64,000 bases of DNA, taken from Desulfomicrobium sp. Lineage in GTDB: Bacteria > Desulfobacterota > Desulfovibrionia > Desulfovibrionales > Desulfomicrobiaceae. Below the pieces are notes generated by a model, which worked only from the letters and a program-made list of their open reading frames with translations, searched no databases and was not told the origin of the DNA. Position numbers and translations under genes: made by a program. This document shows positions 24,767 through 36,073 of the stretch, piece after piece. Position 1 is the first letter of the stretch, and the number at the start of each line of letters is the position of its first letter. The DNA lies in contig JAXGMI010000001.1 in assembly GCA_040768745.1 (NCBI GenBank), forward strand, positions 1,600,001 to 1,664,000. The letters run 5' to 3'.

Positions 24767-25960
24767 ATGGCCAAGCAGAAGTTTGAGAGAAAGAAGCCGC
24801 ACGTCAATATTGGCACGATTGGTCATATTGACCATGGCAAGACGACGTTGACCGCAGCGATCACGAAGATTGCGAGCTTGAAGGGTGGGGGCACCTTTGT
24901 CGGCTACGATCAGATCGACAAGGCCCCGGAAGAGAAGGAGCGCGGCATCACCATTGCGACGGCGCATGTTGAATACGAGACCGCCAAGCGTCACTATGCG
25001 CATGTGGATTGTCCCGGTCACGCGGACTACATCAAGAACATGATCACGGGTGCAGCCCAGATGGACGGCGCGATCATCGTCGTGGCTGCCACGGACGGAC
25101 CCATGCCTCAGACCCGCGAGCATATTTTGCTCGCCCGTCAGGTAGGCGTGCCGTACCTGGTGGTGTTTCTGAACAAGGTTGACCTGGTCGACGACGAAGA
25201 GTTGATCGAGCTGGTGGAGATGGAAGTGCGGGAGCTGCTGTCCAAGTATGAATTTCCGGGTGACGACGTTCCGGTCATCCGAGGTTCGGCTTTGCTGGCT
25301 CTGGAGAGCGAGAGCGCCGACGCTGAAGGCGCCAAGTGCATCCTCGAGCTGCTGGACGCCTGCGACAATTATATTCCGGAGCCTGTCCGGGAGACGGACA
25401 AGCCCTTCCTGATGCCCATTGAGGACGTATTCTCTATCTCCGGTCGTGGCACTGTCGTGACCGGCAGGGTGGAGCGCGGTATCGTTAAGGTTGGGGAGGA
25501 AGTGGAAATCGTCGGGATCAATGAGACCCGGAAGACGACCTGCACAGGTGTTGAGATGTTCCGGAAGCTGCTGGACGAAGGTCAGGCCGGCGACAACATC
25601 GGGGCGTTGCTTCGCGGTGTTAAGCGTGACGAAGTGGAGCGTGGTCAGGTATTGGCCAAGCCTGGTTCCATCACCCCGCACACCAAATTTTCAGCTGAAG
25701 TGTATGTACTGAGCAAGGAAGAGGGCGGTCGCCATACTCCGTTTTTCTCTGGGTATCGTCCGCAGTTTTACTTCCGGACGACGGACATCACGGGCGTGGT
25801 GACCCTGAGCGAAGGGGTTGAAATGATCATGCCTGGGGACAACACGACGTTCCATGTGCATCTGATTGCACCAATCGCCATGGAAAAGGGTCTTCGCTTC
25901 GCCATCCGTGAAGGTGGCCGGACCGTTGGCGCTGGTGTTGTTTCTGAAATCGTGGAGTAA
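24767..25960 (+). CDS. tuf: Elongation factor Tu (copy 2)
   Basis: Protein identical to 8693-9886. Confidence 0.99.
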   Translation: MAKQKFERKKPHVNIGTIGHIDHGKTTLTAAITKIASLKGGGTFVGYDQIDKAPEEKERGITIATAHVEYETAKRHYAHVDCPGHADYIKNMITGAAQMDGAIIVVAATDGPMPQTREHILLARQVGVPYLVVFLNKVDLVDDEELIELVEMEVRELLSKYEFPGDDVPVIRGSALLALESESADAEGAKCILELLDACDNYIPEPVRETDKPFLMPIEDVFSISGRGTVVTGRVERGIVKVGEEVEIVGINETRKTTCTGVEMFRKLLDEGQAGDNIGALLRGVKRDEVERGQVLAKPGSITPHTKFSAEVYVLSKEEGGRHTPFFSGYRPQFYFRTTDITGVVTLSEGVEMIMPGDNTTFHVHLIAPIAMEKGLRFAIREGGRTVGAGVVSEIVE

Positions 25961-25972
25961 AGGGGCAAGGTC

Positions 25973-26284
25973 ATGATGAACAGCGATAAAATTCGTATTA
26001 AGCTCCGGGCTTATGATTACCGCATATTGGATAAGGCTGTCGCAGAGATAGTTGATTCAGCACGCAATACCGGCGCCTCCATAGCAGGCCCTATTCCATT
26101 GCCGACCAGAATCCACAAGCAGACTATCCAGAAGTCTGTGCACGTAGACAAGAAATCTCGCGAGCAGTTTGAAATGCGCGTTCATAAGCGCCTTTTGGAC
26201 ATCCTTGAGCCCACCCAACAGACTGTAGACGCCCTGGGCAAGCTGAATCTCCCCGCTGGGGTTGATGTTGAAATCAAGCTGTAG
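25973..26284 (+). CDS. rpsJ: 30S ribosomal protein S10
   Basis: [24 protein letters not shown]. Confidence 0.98.
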   Translation: MMNSDKIRIKLRAYDYRILDKAVAEIVDSARNTGASIAGPIPLPTRIHKQTIQKSVHVDKKSREQFEMRVHKRLLDILEPTQQTVDALGKLNLPAGVDVEIKL

Positions 26285-26302
26285 GGACAACGAGAGGCTA
26301 CC

Positions 26303-26935
26303 ATGAAAAAGACATTAGGACTGGTAGGACGTAAGATCGGCATGACACGTATTTTCGGGGCTGACGGAAGTGCCATCCCCGTAACGGTCATTCAGGCCGG
26401 TCCATGTCCGGTTATTGATAAGAAGGTGCAGGGCCGAGATGGATACACTGCACTGCAGGTAGGATTCGAAGAGGTGGCGGCCCATAGACTGAACAAGCCT
26501 GAGCAGGGTCATCAGCAGAAGGCAAATTGTGGCTTTTACAAAATGCTGAAGGAATTTCCTCTCGGAAGTGTCGAAGAATATGAAGTTGGTCAGAAGCTGA
26601 CAGTGGATATGTTCGTCCCTGGCGAAAAAATCCGTGTGACCGGAACATCCAAGGGCCGAGGATTTGCCGGTGTCATCCGACGCTGGAACTTCGGCGGGGC
26701 TCCGGCCACGCATGGCCATGAGCAGGTGCACAGAAAGCCTGGTTCCATAGGGCAGTGCGCTTGGCCGAGCAAGGTTTTCAAAGGAAAGAAGCTCCCGGGC
26801 CAACTTGGCAACAAGACTGCAACCATGCTGAACATTGAAGTTGTCGATGTCCGTCCGGAAGACAACGTCGTTCTGGTTCGCGGCCAGGTTCCAGGGCCCA
26901 AGCAGGGGATCATTATCCTCAGCAAGTTGAAATGA
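26303..26935 (+). CDS. rplC: 50S ribosomal protein L3
   Basis: GRKIGMTRIF, SKGRGFAG, PGSIG. Confidence 0.98.
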   Translation: MKKTLGLVGRKIGMTRIFGADGSAIPVTVIQAGPCPVIDKKVQGRDGYTALQVGFEEVAAHRLNKPEQGHQQKANCGFYKMLKEFPLGSVEEYEVGQKLTVDMFVPGEKIRVTGTSKGRGFAGVIRRWNFGGAPATHGHEQVHRKPGSIGQCAWPSKVFKGKKLPGQLGNKTATMLNIEVVDVRPEDNVVLVRGQVPGPKQGIIILSKLK

Positions 26936-26947
26936 GGGGTAGAGATA

Positions 26948-27568
26948 ATGGCTAATGCGAAAGTATACGATCAGAGCAGGAAGGAAGTCGGGGAGATTTC
27001 CCTGTCTGATGACATTTTCCAGATAGAGGTCAAACCTGAGATTCTGCACTTGGCTGTGCGTTCGCATTTGGCCAAGCTGCGATCCGGAACAGTGGGCGTG
27101 AAGACTCGCGGTCTGGTCAGTGGCGGAGGGAAGAAGCCTTGGCGTCAGAAGGGCACAGGCCGTGCTCGCGCCGGGTCAACTCGTTCACCGTTGTGGAGAG
27201 GTGGTGCCATCGTTCATGGTCCGCAGGCCCGTGATTATAGCTTCAAGATCAATAAACAGGTCCGCAAGCTGGCCATGAAAATGGCTCTGTCCTCCCGGTT
27301 CACCACCGAAAACATGCTTGTAGTCGACAAATTGCACTTTGACGAGATCAAAACCAAGAATTTTGTGGCCTGCAAGGAATCTCTTGGGCTTAAAAAAGCC
27401 TTGATTGTTGTTGCTGAAAAAGATACCAACCTTGCTCTTTCAGCCAGGAATGTGCCTGGCGTTTTGGTTTTGGATCAGCAATCGATCAACGTGTACGAAA
27501 TTCTCAAGTATCCTCAGATGGTTCTTGACAAAGGCGCTGTCGAGGCTCTGCAAGAGAGGTTGAAATAA
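26948..27568 (+). CDS. rplD: 50S ribosomal protein L4
   Basis: KPWRQKGTGRARAG. Confidence 0.98.
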   Translation: MANAKVYDQSRKEVGEISLSDDIFQIEVKPEILHLAVRSHLAKLRSGTVGVKTRGLVSGGGKKPWRQKGTGRARAGSTRSPLWRGGAIVHGPQARDYSFKINKQVRKLAMKMALSSRFTTENMLVVDKLHFDEIKTKNFVACKESLGLKKALIVVAEKDTNLALSARNVPGVLVLDQQSINVYEILKYPQMVLDKGAVEALQERLK

Positions 27569-27858
27569 TGGAAAGCTCGCAAGTACTGCTCAGACCGTTA
27601 ATTTCGGAAAAGTCCACCGGGCTGAAGGATCTGAATAATCAGGTCGCCTTTTACGTTCATGCTGCCGCAAACAAGATTGATGTCCAGCGTGCGGTGGAAA
27701 GCGCTTTTGGGGTCAAGGTCTCTGCCGTGAATATCCTCAATCACCGGCCTCGCACTAGGAAGAAGTTTGGCCGTGTTGTTGGCAAGGTCAGCGGATACAA
27801 AAAAGCGTATGTTTCCCTTGCTTCCGGCGACAAGATTGATTTCTTTGAAGGGGTGTAA
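27568..27858 (+). CDS. rplW: 50S ribosomal protein L23
   Basis: PLISEKS, YKKAYV; S10 operon position. Confidence 0.97.
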   Translation: MESSQVLLRPLISEKSTGLKDLNNQVAFYVHAAANKIDVQRAVESAFGVKVSAVNILNHRPRTRKKFGRVVGKVSGYKKAYVSLASGDKIDFFEGV

Positions 27859-27860
27859 TT

Positions 27861-28691
27861 ATGGCCATTCGTAAGCTTAAACCCACATCCGCAGGACGCA
27901 GGGCGCAGACGGTTCTCACGTTTGATGAGATCACGGCAGCGAAACCCGAAAAGTCGTTGACCAAGGGCTTGACCAGGAAAAGCGGGCGAAATCATTTCGG
28001 CCGGATCACTTCCCGAAGAAGAGGTGGTGGCAACAAGTCCCTGTACCGCATCATCGATTTCAAGCGGAACAAGTTGGATATTCCTGCAAAAGTCGCAAGC
28101 ATCGAATACGATCCGAACAGAAGCGCTCGGATTGCACTGCTGCATTACGCGGACGGAGAAAAGCGATATATTCTTTGCCCCGTTGGAATCAGCGTAGGGG
28201 ATCAGATTCTGGCTGGCGAAAAGTCTGACATCAAGCCTGGCAACGCCCTGCCCTTGGCGAGGATTCCGTTAGGAACTCTTGTGCACAACGTGGAGCTGTA
28301 TCCTGGCCGTGGCGGGCAGTTGGTTCGTTCTGCAGGCTCGTATGCCCAAGTCATCGCAAAAGAGGATAAGTATGCCCTTTTGCGCTTGCCGTCCGGAGAA
28401 GTGCGCAAGGTCTTGGCTGTCAACACCGCAACAGTCGGTCAGGTTGGCAATATTGAGCATGAAAATGTTTCCATCGGAAAGGCCGGCCGAAATCGTTGGC
28501 TCGGTAACCGTCCGAAGGTTCGCGGCGTTGCGATGAACCCTGTCGACCATCCGTTGGGTGGCGGTGAAGGCAGAAGTTCAGGTGGTCGTCATCCCGTTAC
28601 TCCGTGGGGAAAACCCACCAAGGGATACAAGACGCGTTCACCTAAAAAGGCTTCGTCCAAGTTAATCGTCAAACGCCGTGGAAGTAAGTAG
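27861..28691 (+). CDS. rplB: 50S ribosomal protein L2
   Basis: [19 protein letters not shown]. Confidence 0.98.
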   Translation: MAIRKLKPTSAGRRAQTVLTFDEITAAKPEKSLTKGLTRKSGRNHFGRITSRRRGGGNKSLYRIIDFKRNKLDIPAKVASIEYDPNRSARIALLHYADGEKRYILCPVGISVGDQILAGEKSDIKPGNALPLARIPLGTLVHNVELYPGRGGQLVRSAGSYAQVIAKEDKYALLRLPSGEVRKVLAVNTATVGQVGNIEHENVSIGKAGRNRWLGNRPKVRGVAMNPVDHPLGGGEGRSSGGRHPVTPWGKPTKGYKTRSPKKASSKLIVKRRGSK

Positions 28692-28699
28692 GAGTTACT

Positions 28700-28972
28700 A
28701 TGCCTAGGTCGCTGAAAAAAGGCCCTTTTGTTGACGACCATCTCCTGAAGAAAGTTGAAAAGTCGAATGCCGACAGAAGCCGTCAGGTAATCAAGACCTG
28801 GTCACGCCGGTCGACTATTTTGCCTGAGATGGTCGGTCTGACCTTTGCGGTCCATAATGGGAAGAAGTTCATTCCGGTTTTCGTGTCTGAGAATATGGTT
28901 GGGCACAAGCTAGGCGAGTTCGCACCAACCAGGACATATTTTGGCCACGCTGCCGAGAAGAAGAAGAAATAG
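28700..28972 (+). CDS. rpsS: 30S ribosomal protein S19
   Basis: [19 protein letters not shown]. Confidence 0.98.
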   Translation: MPRSLKKGPFVDDHLLKKVEKSNADRSRQVIKTWSRRSTILPEMVGLTFAVHNGKKFIPVFVSENMVGHKLGEFAPTRTYFGHAAEKKKK

Positions 28973-28986
28973 ACAGGAATTTTCAT

Positions 28987-29319
28987 ATGGAAGCTAGATC
29001 AGTTGCCAAGTTTATACGTGTTTCTCCGCAGAAGGCCAGGTTAGTCGCTCGCAATGTGACAGGAAAGCCTGTGGAAGATGCGTTGAATGTCCTGAAATTC
29101 ACGCCCAAAAAAGCTGCACGCCTGATTGAAAAGGTTCTGAATACAGCTATTGCCAATGCCGAACACAATTCCAAGCTTGATGTGGACAATCTCTATGTCA
29201 AGGAAGTGCGGATTGACGGGGGGCCGAGTTGGAAGCGGATTCAGTCCAGAGCAATGGGGCGGGCATACAGAATAATCAAGCGCACCAGCCACATTACAGT
29301 GGTTGTCGATGAACTCTAG
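28987..29319 (+). CDS. rplV: 50S ribosomal protein L22
   Basis: SPQKARLV, KRTSHITV. Confidence 0.98.
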   Translation: MEARSVAKFIRVSPQKARLVARNVTGKPVEDALNVLKFTPKKAARLIEKVLNTAIANAEHNSKLDVDNLYVKEVRIDGGPSWKRIQSRAMGRAYRIIKRTSHITVVVDEL

Positions 29320-29331
29320 GAGGGCAGTGCT

Positions 29332-29970
29332 TTGGGTCATAAAGTTCATCCTTACGGATTCCGTTTAGGTTACAATAAAAATTGGAAATCCCGTTGGTTC
29401 AGCGACAAGAAATATGCCGAGTATGTCCTTGAGGATAGCAACCTTCGGAAATATGTGAAGGAAAAGCTTTTTCACGCAGGTATTTCCAAAATTGAAATTG
29501 AACGAGCTGCTGACAAGATTCGCCTCATCCTTTTCACTGCGCGCCCCGGTATTGTTATCGGACGAAAGGGCGTGGAAATTGAAAAGCTGCGGGCTGAGAT
29601 GAAAGGCAAATTCGGGCGAGAGTTCGTTATTGAAGTTAATGAAATACGCCGCCCTGAAACCGATGCTCAGCTTGTGGCTGAATCCATTGCACAGCAGTTG
29701 GAGCGCCGTGTGGCATTCCGGCGGGCTATCAAGAAGACGTTGGGCATGGCCCAAAAATTTGGGGCCCAAGGAATAAAGGTGCAGTGTGGAGGCCGCCTTG
29801 GAGGCGCTGAAATTGCGCGCAGTGAGTGGGCTAGAGAAGGCAGGGTCCCTCTGCATACCTTGCGGGCTGATATTGACTACGGAGTCGCGCTGGCCAAGAC
29901 GACCTATGGTGTCATTGGGATCAAGGTCTGGGTTTTCAAGGGCGAGATTCTGAGCGAGGTGGATAACTGA
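29332..29970 (+). CDS. rpsC: 30S ribosomal protein S3
   Basis: [29 protein letters not shown] start. Confidence 0.98.
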   Translation: MGHKVHPYGFRLGYNKNWKSRWFSDKKYAEYVLEDSNLRKYVKEKLFHAGISKIEIERAADKIRLILFTARPGIVIGRKGVEIEKLRAEMKGKFGREFVIEVNEIRRPETDAQLVAESIAQQLERRVAFRRAIKKTLGMAQKFGAQGIKVQCGGRLGGAEIARSEWAREGRVPLHTLRADIDYGVALAKTTYGVIGIKVWVFKGEILSEVDN

Positions 29971-30377
29971 TGCTGAGTCCTAAGAAAGTAAAATTTCGGA
30001 AGCAGCAAAAGGGTCGTATTCGCGGACTCGCGCAGCGTGCGACCACAGTTGCTTTTGGAGATATAGCTTTGAAGGCTGTTGAAAACGGTAAAATTACCAG
30101 TCAACAGATCGAAGCTGCACGTATTGCTATGATGCGTCATATCAAAAGAGGCGGAAAAGTCTTTATTAGAATTTTTCCGGATAAAACTATCACCGCAAAG
30201 CCTCTAGAAGTCCGTCAAGGCAAGGGAAAAGGTGCTCCAGTAGGATGGTGTGCTCCAGTCCAAAGGGGCCGTATAATTTATGAAATTAAAGGCGTTGATG
30301 TTGAGCTGGCTAAAGAAGCATTGCAAAGAGCTGCCTACAAGCTGCCTATAAAGACTATTATAGTCGAAAAGGAGTAA
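29970..30377 (+). CDS. rplP: 50S ribosomal protein L16
   Basis: [15 protein letters not shown]. Confidence 0.98.
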   Translation: MLSPKKVKFRKQQKGRIRGLAQRATTVAFGDIALKAVENGKITSQQIEAARIAMMRHIKRGGKVFIRIFPDKTITAKPLEVRQGKGKGAPVGWCAPVQRGRIIYEIKGVDVELAKEALQRAAYKLPIKTIIVEKE

Positions 30378-30383
30378 GACAGG

Positions 30384-30587
30384 ATGAATGCTCAACAGTT
30401 TCGAGATTTAGATTCAACAAAGCTCCATGAAAAACTCGGTGAGTTTCGCAAGGAACTGATGAATCTTCGTTTTCAGCATGCAACGGCGCAGCTTGAAAAT
30501 ACACAGAGAATACCGCTTGTTAAAAAATCCATTGCTCGGATTTTGACGATTTTGAAAGAGAAGGACATGGAGACAAGTGATGAGTAA
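30384..30587 (+). CDS. rpmC: 50S ribosomal protein L29
   Basis: ELMNLRFQHAT, IARILT. Confidence 0.96.
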   Translation: MNAQQFRDLDSTKLHEKLGEFRKELMNLRFQHATAQLENTQRIPLVKKSIARILTILKEKDMETSDE

Positions 30588-30846
30588 CAGCGGAAAGGCA
30601 TCGAACAAGAGAACTCTTGTTGGCTTCGTAGTGAGCGATAAGAACGACAAAACTATAGTCGTCCGCGTCGAAACACTGGTCAAGCATCCTGTTCTTAAGA
30701 AATATATCCGCCGCAGAAAGAAGTTCATGGCTCATGACCCCAATAATGAATGTCATATTGGGGACAAGGTTCAGATAGTCGAACACCGGCCATTGAGTGC
30801 TCGGAAGAATTGGCATCTGATGAAAATTATCGAAAGAGCTTTGTAG
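30580..30846 (+). CDS. rpsQ: 30S ribosomal protein S17
   Basis: [24 protein letters not shown] 30580 or GTG 30577. Confidence 0.97.
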   Translation: MSNSGKASNKRTLVGFVVSDKNDKTIVVRVETLVKHPVLKKYIRRRKKFMAHDPNNECHIGDKVQIVEHRPLSARKNWHLMKIIERAL

Positions 30847-30856
30847 GGGATTTAAA

Positions 30857-31225
30857 ATGATTCAAATGCAGACGACTTTGGATGTTGCAGACAATTCCGG
30901 AGCCAAAAAGGTTGCCTGCATCAAGGTGCTGGGCGGAAGTAAGAGAAGATACGCGCGCATCGGCGACATCATCATGGTGTCAGTCAAGGAAGCGATCCCT
31001 CATGGCAAGGTAAAGAAAGGCGATGTTCTCCAGGCAGTAGTTGTTAGAACAACAAAGGAAATTGGTCGCCCTGACGGAACCTTCATCCGCTTTGACAATA
31101 ATTCAGCGGTACTGCTGAATAAAAACCTTGAGCCGCTGGGGACGCGCATATTTGGGCCTGTCGCCAGAGAACTGCGGGCGAAGAACTTTATGAAGATCGT
31201 ATCCTTAGCCCCTGAGGTACTGTAA
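30857..31225 (+). CDS. rplN: 50S ribosomal protein L14
   Basis: [20 protein letters not shown]. Confidence 0.98.
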   Translation: MIQMQTTLDVADNSGAKKVACIKVLGGSKRRYARIGDIIMVSVKEAIPHGKVKKGDVLQAVVVRTTKEIGRPDGTFIRFDNNSAVLLNKNLEPLGTRIFGPVARELRAKNFMKIVSLAPEVL

Positions 31226-31228
31226 GCT

Positions 31229-31558
31229 ATGTCTTCGCAAGTTTGTAAAATTCATAAAAATGATAATGTGATCGTTTTGTCCGGGAAAGATAAGGGAAAG
31301 ATTGGCAAAGTGATGAGGGTGCTTCGAAGCAAGAACCAAATTATTGTTGAGAAAGTCAACATGGTCAGGAAACATACCAAGCCAAACCCTTATGCGAATC
31401 AGCCCGGTGGGATTGTGGACAAGGAGATGCCTTTAGACATCTCAAATGTTCAGTTGGTATGCAATGCATGTTCCAAGCCGACAAGGCTGGGATATAAAGT
31501 CACTGATGAAAACAAGAAAGTTCGTTATTGCAAAAAATGCAATGAGACGATCAGTTAA
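31229..31558 (+). CDS. rplX: 50S ribosomal protein L24
   Basis: [11 protein letters not shown] motif, ISNV. Confidence 0.97.
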   Translation: MSSQVCKIHKNDNVIVLSGKDKGKIGKVMRVLRSKNQIIVEKVNMVRKHTKPNPYANQPGGIVDKEMPLDISNVQLVCNACSKPTRLGYKVTDENKKVRYCKKCNETIS

Positions 31559-31567
31559 GGTATCCCA

Positions 31568-32107
31568 ATGAGCAGTCTTCAAAAGATCTACAAAGATAAA
31601 GTCGCTCCTGCACTCTCTAAGGAATTTAATTACTCTTCAGTGATGGAAATTCCACAGATTAAATGCGTCTCTTTGAACATGGGACTGGGTGAAGGCAGCC
31701 AGAATAATAAAATCATACAGGATTCTGTACGCGATTTGTCTCTGATTGCTGGTCAGCGGGCTGTTGTAACACGGGCAAAAAAATCCATCGCAGCGTTCAA
31801 GCTGCGTGAAGGAATGCCTGTAGGCTGCCGGGTATCGCTTCGTGGAGACAACATGTGGGCTTTTCTCGAAAAGCTTATCACCATCGCATTGCCGCGTGTG
31901 CGTGACTTTCGTGGCGTTCCGGACCGAGGATTTGATGGGCGCGGCAATTATACGCTCGGCATCAAAGAGCACACGATTTTTCCGGAAATTGAAATAGATA
32001 AGATAGAAAAGGCTGTGGGCATGAATATTTCTGTCATCACGACGGCCAAAACTGACAAAGAAGGCAAGATGCTGTTGAAGCTTCTTGGAATGCCCTTCAA
32101 GAAGTAA
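31568..32107 (+). CDS. rplE: 50S ribosomal protein L5
   Basis: [24 protein letters not shown]. Confidence 0.98.
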   Translation: MSSLQKIYKDKVAPALSKEFNYSSVMEIPQIKCVSLNMGLGEGSQNNKIIQDSVRDLSLIAGQRAVVTRAKKSIAAFKLREGMPVGCRVSLRGDNMWAFLEKLITIALPRVRDFRGVPDRGFDGRGNYTLGIKEHTIFPEIEIDKIEKAVGMNISVITTAKTDKEGKMLLKLLGMPFKK

Positions 32108-32120
32108 GGAGGAACGTAAC

Positions 32121-32306
32121 TTGACTCGCACATCGTTGATGGTCAAGGCACAGCGGAAACCAAAATTTTCCACTCGCCAATACAACCGGTGTCCCATTTG
32201 TGGCCGTCCCAGGGCTTTTATGCGCAAATTCGGAATTTGTAGAATCTGCTTCAGGAACATGGCCCTTGCCGGTGAACTGCCAGGCGTAAGAAAATCTAGC
32301 TGGTAA
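32121..32306 (+). CDS. rpsN: 30S ribosomal protein S14, type Z (zinc-binding, 61 aa)
   Basis: RCPICGRPR...CRICFR; TTG 32121 after AGGAGG. Confidence 0.96.
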   Translation: MTRTSLMVKAQRKPKFSTRQYNRCPICGRPRAFMRKFGICRICFRNMALAGELPGVRKSSW

Positions 32307-32321
32307 TATTGAGGTATACTT

Positions 32322-32705
32322 ATGTCTGTCATAGATCCAATCGCAGATTTGCTGACACGTCTTCGCAATGCTTACGGTGCGATGCATGCTTCCGTATCTG
32401 TTTCGCCTAGCCGTATACGAGAAGCAGTGTTGAAGATTATGCATGAAGAAGGATATATCAATGGATATACTTCCGATGAAAATAATTTAGTTGTTGATTT
32501 AAAATACCACGAGAATAAGCCTGTTGTAGCTGGTTTGAAACGAATCAGTAAGCCAGGTCGTCGTATTTATGTCGGGGCGAAATCAATTCCTTCTGTGCAG
32601 AACGGGCTTGGCATCTGTGTTTTGTCGACTTCTAAAGGTGTTCTCGAAGGGAAAAAGGCTGCTGAAGTAGGCGTTGGCGGCGAACTTCTTTGTGAGATTT
32701 GGTAG
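32322..32705 (+). CDS. rpsH: 30S ribosomal protein S8
   Basis: DPIADLLTRLRN, SKPGRRIY, GGELLC. Confidence 0.98.
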   Translation: MSVIDPIADLLTRLRNAYGAMHASVSVSPSRIREAVLKIMHEEGYINGYTSDENNLVVDLKYHENKPVVAGLKRISKPGRRIYVGAKSIPSVQNGLGICVLSTSKGVLEGKKAAEVGVGGELLCEIW

Positions 32706-32714
32706 GAGATCGCA

Positions 32715-33254
32715 ATGTCACGAGTTGGTAAATTGCCGATTAGCATTCCCAGTGGTGTTGATATTAAAATTCAGGATCGCAATATAGTGGTCAAGGGTCC
32801 AAAAGGTACTCTGACTTTAGCCAATCATCCGGCAACTCATGTTGCTATTGAAAATAATTCCATTTCAGTCGCCCCGAGTGATGATTCCTCCTTTGCCCGG
32901 GAACAGCATGGATTGCGGCGGACCCTTCTGGCGAATGCCATTGTTGGTGTCACCAAAGGTTTCGAGAAATCCCTGGAAGTGATAGGCGTTGGGTACAAGG
33001 TAAATGTGCAGGGCAATACTGTTGTACTTAACGTTGGGTTTTCTCATCCTGTTAATTTTGTCCTTCCTGATGGGATACAAGCTAAGGTTGAGAACACCAA
33101 AATCACCGTCAGCGGCTGCGATAAGCAATCTGTCGGGGAAGTGGCGGCACAGATACGCAGAGTGCGGCCGCCGGAGCCTTACAAAGGTAAAGGTATCAAG
33201 TATTCTGATGAGACTATCCGTCGCAAGGCCGGCAAATCCGGTGGTAAAAAGTAG
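32715..33254 (+). CDS. rplF: 50S ribosomal protein L6
   Basis: [14 protein letters not shown]. Confidence 0.98.
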   Translation: MSRVGKLPISIPSGVDIKIQDRNIVVKGPKGTLTLANHPATHVAIENNSISVAPSDDSSFAREQHGLRRTLLANAIVGVTKGFEKSLEVIGVGYKVNVQGNTVVLNVGFSHPVNFVLPDGIQAKVENTKITVSGCDKQSVGEVAAQIRRVRPPEPYKGKGIKYSDETIRRKAGKSGGKK

Positions 33255-33262
33255 GAAATGTT

Positions 33263-33616
33263 ATGAAATTTTCTCGTGATGAAGCCCGTTTGAAGCGCAA
33301 GGCCCGGATCCGGAAAAAGGTCAACGGCACTATGGAACGTCCGAGACTCGTTGTCTTTCGGTCAAACAAGCACATTTACGCCCAAATCATTGATGATCTC
33401 GCAGGGGTCACCCTTGCGGCAGCTTCGACTCTCAGTCTCGAAGGTGACAATATTCGTTTGACTACAGAGAATGCGAAGTTGGTTGGAAAAAAAGTAGCCG
33501 AGGAAGCGATCAAGAAAAGCATCACATCAGTGGTCTTTGATCGTAACGGCTTCGTCTACCATGGTCGAATCAAGGCCGTTGCCGATGGAGCCCGAGAAGG
33601 CGGCTTAAATTTTTAA
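33263..33616 (+). CDS. rplR: 50S ribosomal protein L18
   Basis: [23 protein letters not shown]. Confidence 0.98.
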   Translation: MKFSRDEARLKRKARIRKKVNGTMERPRLVVFRSNKHIYAQIIDDLAGVTLAAASTLSLEGDNIRLTTENAKLVGKKVAEEAIKKSITSVVFDRNGFVYHGRIKAVADGAREGGLNF

Positions 33617-33628
33617 TCGAGGACATCC

Positions 33629-34120
33629 ATGCAGCAGAATGAATTTGAACTCATTGAGAAAATTGTCTATCTCAATCGCGTCGCCAAAGTTGTGAAGGGT
33701 GGCCGAAGATTTAGTTTCAGCGCTCTAGTGGTTGTTGGTGATGGCAAAGGGACTGTTGGATTCGGACTTGGTAAAGCCAATCAGGTTCCTGATGCGATCA
33801 AAAAGGCTACAGATAGAGCTCGCAAGAGCATGCAAAAGGTCGAACTTCTCGATGGTACAATTCCTTATGAGATCGTAGGAAATTTTGGAGCCGGACACGT
33901 ACTTCTTAAACCTGCATCAGCGGGAACTGGAATTATCGCCGGTGGTCCTGTTCGTGCGGTCATGGAGGCGGTTGGCGTACACGACATTCTCACAAAGGCA
34001 ATAGGGACAAACAATCCGCACAATGTTCTTCGTGCCACCTTTGCTGGCTTGCGCTCACTACGTAGTGCTGAAAGTGTTGGGAAAATGAGAGGTAAGCCAC
34101 TCTCCATCAAGCGAAAATGA
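33629..34120 (+). CDS. rpsE: 30S ribosomal protein S5
   Basis: [19 protein letters not shown]. Confidence 0.98.
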   Translation: MQQNEFELIEKIVYLNRVAKVVKGGRRFSFSALVVVGDGKGTVGFGLGKANQVPDAIKKATDRARKSMQKVELLDGTIPYEIVGNFGAGHVLLKPASAGTGIIAGGPVRAVMEAVGVHDILTKAIGTNNPHNVLRATFAGLRSLRSAESVGKMRGKPLSIKRK

Positions 34121-34133
34121 GTAGGTGTGAGTT

Positions 34134-34304
34134 ATGATCAACGTAAAGCTCGTTAAAAGCGTGATAACGCAGAAATCAGTTCAGCGAAAGACGATCAAGG
34201 CCCTCGGGTTCACGAAACTCAATCAGGTCCGGTCCTTTCCTGACAATGAAAGTGTGCGTGGAATGATTGATAAAGTTAAGCATCTCGTAGAGGTTATATC
34301 ATAA
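34134..34304 (+). CDS. rpmD: 50S ribosomal protein L30
   Basis: Below the ORF-track size. Manual translation MINVKLVKSVITQKSVQRKTIKALGFTKLNQVRSFPDNESVRGMIDKVKHLVEVIS*; stop overlaps the rplO ATG. Confidence 0.95.
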   Translation: MINVKLVKSVITQKSVQRKTIKALGFTKLNQVRSFPDNESVRGMIDKVKHLVEVIS

Positions 34305-34750
34305 TGAACCTGCATGAATTGTATCCGTATCCCGAAGAGCGGGCCAAGGTGAAGCGAAGAGGGAGGGGAACGGCTTCTGGTCAGGGGGCTACCTCAGGCA
34401 AAGGTCACAAAGGGCAAAATGCTCGGACTGGCGGTGGTGTCTCCACACATTTCGAAGGTGGGCAGATGCCGTTGTACCGTCGCTTACCCAAGCGCGGTTT
34501 TAAAAATCCTTTTCGGGTCACCTATCAAGTCGTGAATTTGTCGATGTTGTATGCAGCTTTTGCGGAGAAATCTGAAGTAACTTTGGACGATCTGTACTCT
34601 TCTGGATTAGCCAAACCCATGCAGCCGATAAAAGTGCTTGGCAGTGGGGATGCGAGTAAAGCACTCAAAATTACTGCGCATAAATTCAGCAAGCAGGCGA
34701 TGGAAAAAATTTCCGCAGCTGGCGGCGAAGCTATTTCCATTGAAGGATAG
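34304..34750 (+). CDS. rplO: 50S ribosomal protein L15
   Basis: GHKGQNAR, FEGGQMPL, LPKRGF. Confidence 0.98.
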   Translation: MNLHELYPYPEERAKVKRRGRGTASGQGATSGKGHKGQNARTGGGVSTHFEGGQMPLYRRLPKRGFKNPFRVTYQVVNLSMLYAAFAEKSEVTLDDLYSSGLAKPMQPIKVLGSGDASKALKITAHKFSKQAMEKISAAGGEAISIEG

Positions 34751-34759
34751 GGTGCGATT

Positions 34760-36073
34760 GTGAGCATACCCAAAGGCGTTAATGCCGGAATGTCCGAATT
34801 GAAGAAAAAATTCTTTTGGACGTTTCTTCTCTTAGCCGTATATCGCATTGGCATCCATCTTCCAGTTCCTGGAGTTGATGGGAGTGCCCTGGCGGATTTT
34901 TTCGCAAGCGCTCAAAATACCCTTTTCGGGCTTTTTGACATGTTTTCTGGTGGAGGATTGAAAAATCTTTCTATTTTCGCATTGGGAATCATGCCATACA
35001 TTTCTGCTTCTATCATTTTGCAATTGCTGACGGTAGTGAGCCCAGAACTCAAGAGATTAAGCAAAGAAGAAGGTGCTTCGGGACGAAAAAAGATCACACA
35101 GTATACACGTTATGGAACTGTGCTCATTTCAGTCATACAGGGTTTGGGTATAGCTGTTGGCATTGAGAGCATGTCCAGCCCAACAGGAGCTCCAATCGTC
35201 TTTATGCCTGGCTGGGGATTCCGAATTATCACAGTTTTGACCCTTACTGCCGGGACAATTTTTGTCATGTGGCTGGGAGAAAAGATCACGGAGCGCGGAA
35301 TTGGTAATGGGATCAGTTTGATCATATGCGCAGGTATTATAGCTGGGCTGCCCAGCGGGATTGGGATGTCGTATCGCCTGTTCACAGCGGGCGATGTTTC
35401 CCTGTTCACCGTGTTGTTGGTTGTGATCGTCATGGCTGGTGTTCTGGTGGGCATTACGTTCATGGAGCGCGCCCAAAGGAGAATTCCCATCCACTACGCC
35501 AAGCGGATGGTTGGCCGGAAAATGTATGGTGGGCAAACGAGCCATCTGCCGCTGAGAATCAACACCGCAGGTGTGATTCCGCCTATTTTCGCCTCATCGA
35601 TTCTCATGTTTCCAGCCACCATAGCTAATTTTTCCGATATTGAAATCCTGAATCGGATGTCAGAATATTTTAGGCCAGATTCGTTTATTTATAACCTTTG
35701 CTTCGTTGGCTTTATTGTTTTCTTCTGCTTTTTTTATACCGCTATCGTATTCGATCCTAAGGAAATTTCGGAGAATTTGAAAAAACAGGGGGCTTTTGTA
35801 CCTGGGATACGACCTGGTTTCAAAACAAACGAATATATCGACAAGGTTCTAACCAGATTGACTTTGTGGGGGGCTTTATATATCTCCACCGTCTGCGTTT
35901 TGCCAATGGTTCTGATGAAGCAATTCAACGTTCCCTTCTATTATGGCGGAACGTCCCTGCTCATCGTTGTTGGCGTATCCATGGACACCATGGCGCAAGT
36001 TCAATCTCATTTGATTTCAGGTAGGTATGATGGCTTGTTGGCAAAAGCCAAGATCAAGGGCAGGCAGGGTTGA
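34760..36073 (+). CDS. secY: Preprotein translocase subunit SecY
   Basis: SIFALGIMPYISASII, GIGNGISL, PGIRPG, GGTSLLI. Confidence 0.98.
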   Translation: MSIPKGVNAGMSELKKKFFWTFLLLAVYRIGIHLPVPGVDGSALADFFASAQNTLFGLFDMFSGGGLKNLSIFALGIMPYISASIILQLLTVVSPELKRLSKEEGASGRKKITQYTRYGTVLISVIQGLGIAVGIESMSSPTGAPIVFMPGWGFRIITVLTLTAGTIFVMWLGEKITERGIGNGISLIICAGIIAGLPSGIGMSYRLFTAGDVSLFTVLLVVIVMAGVLVGITFMERAQRRIPIHYAKRMVGRKMYGGQTSHLPLRINTAGVIPPIFASSILMFPATIANFSDIEILNRMSEYFRPDSFIYNLCFVGFIVFFCFFYTAIVFDPKEISENLKKQGAFVPGIRPGFKTNEYIDKVLTRLTLWGALYISTVCVLPMVLMKQFNVPFYYGGTSLLIVVGVSMDTMAQVQSHLISGRYDGLLAKAKIKGRQG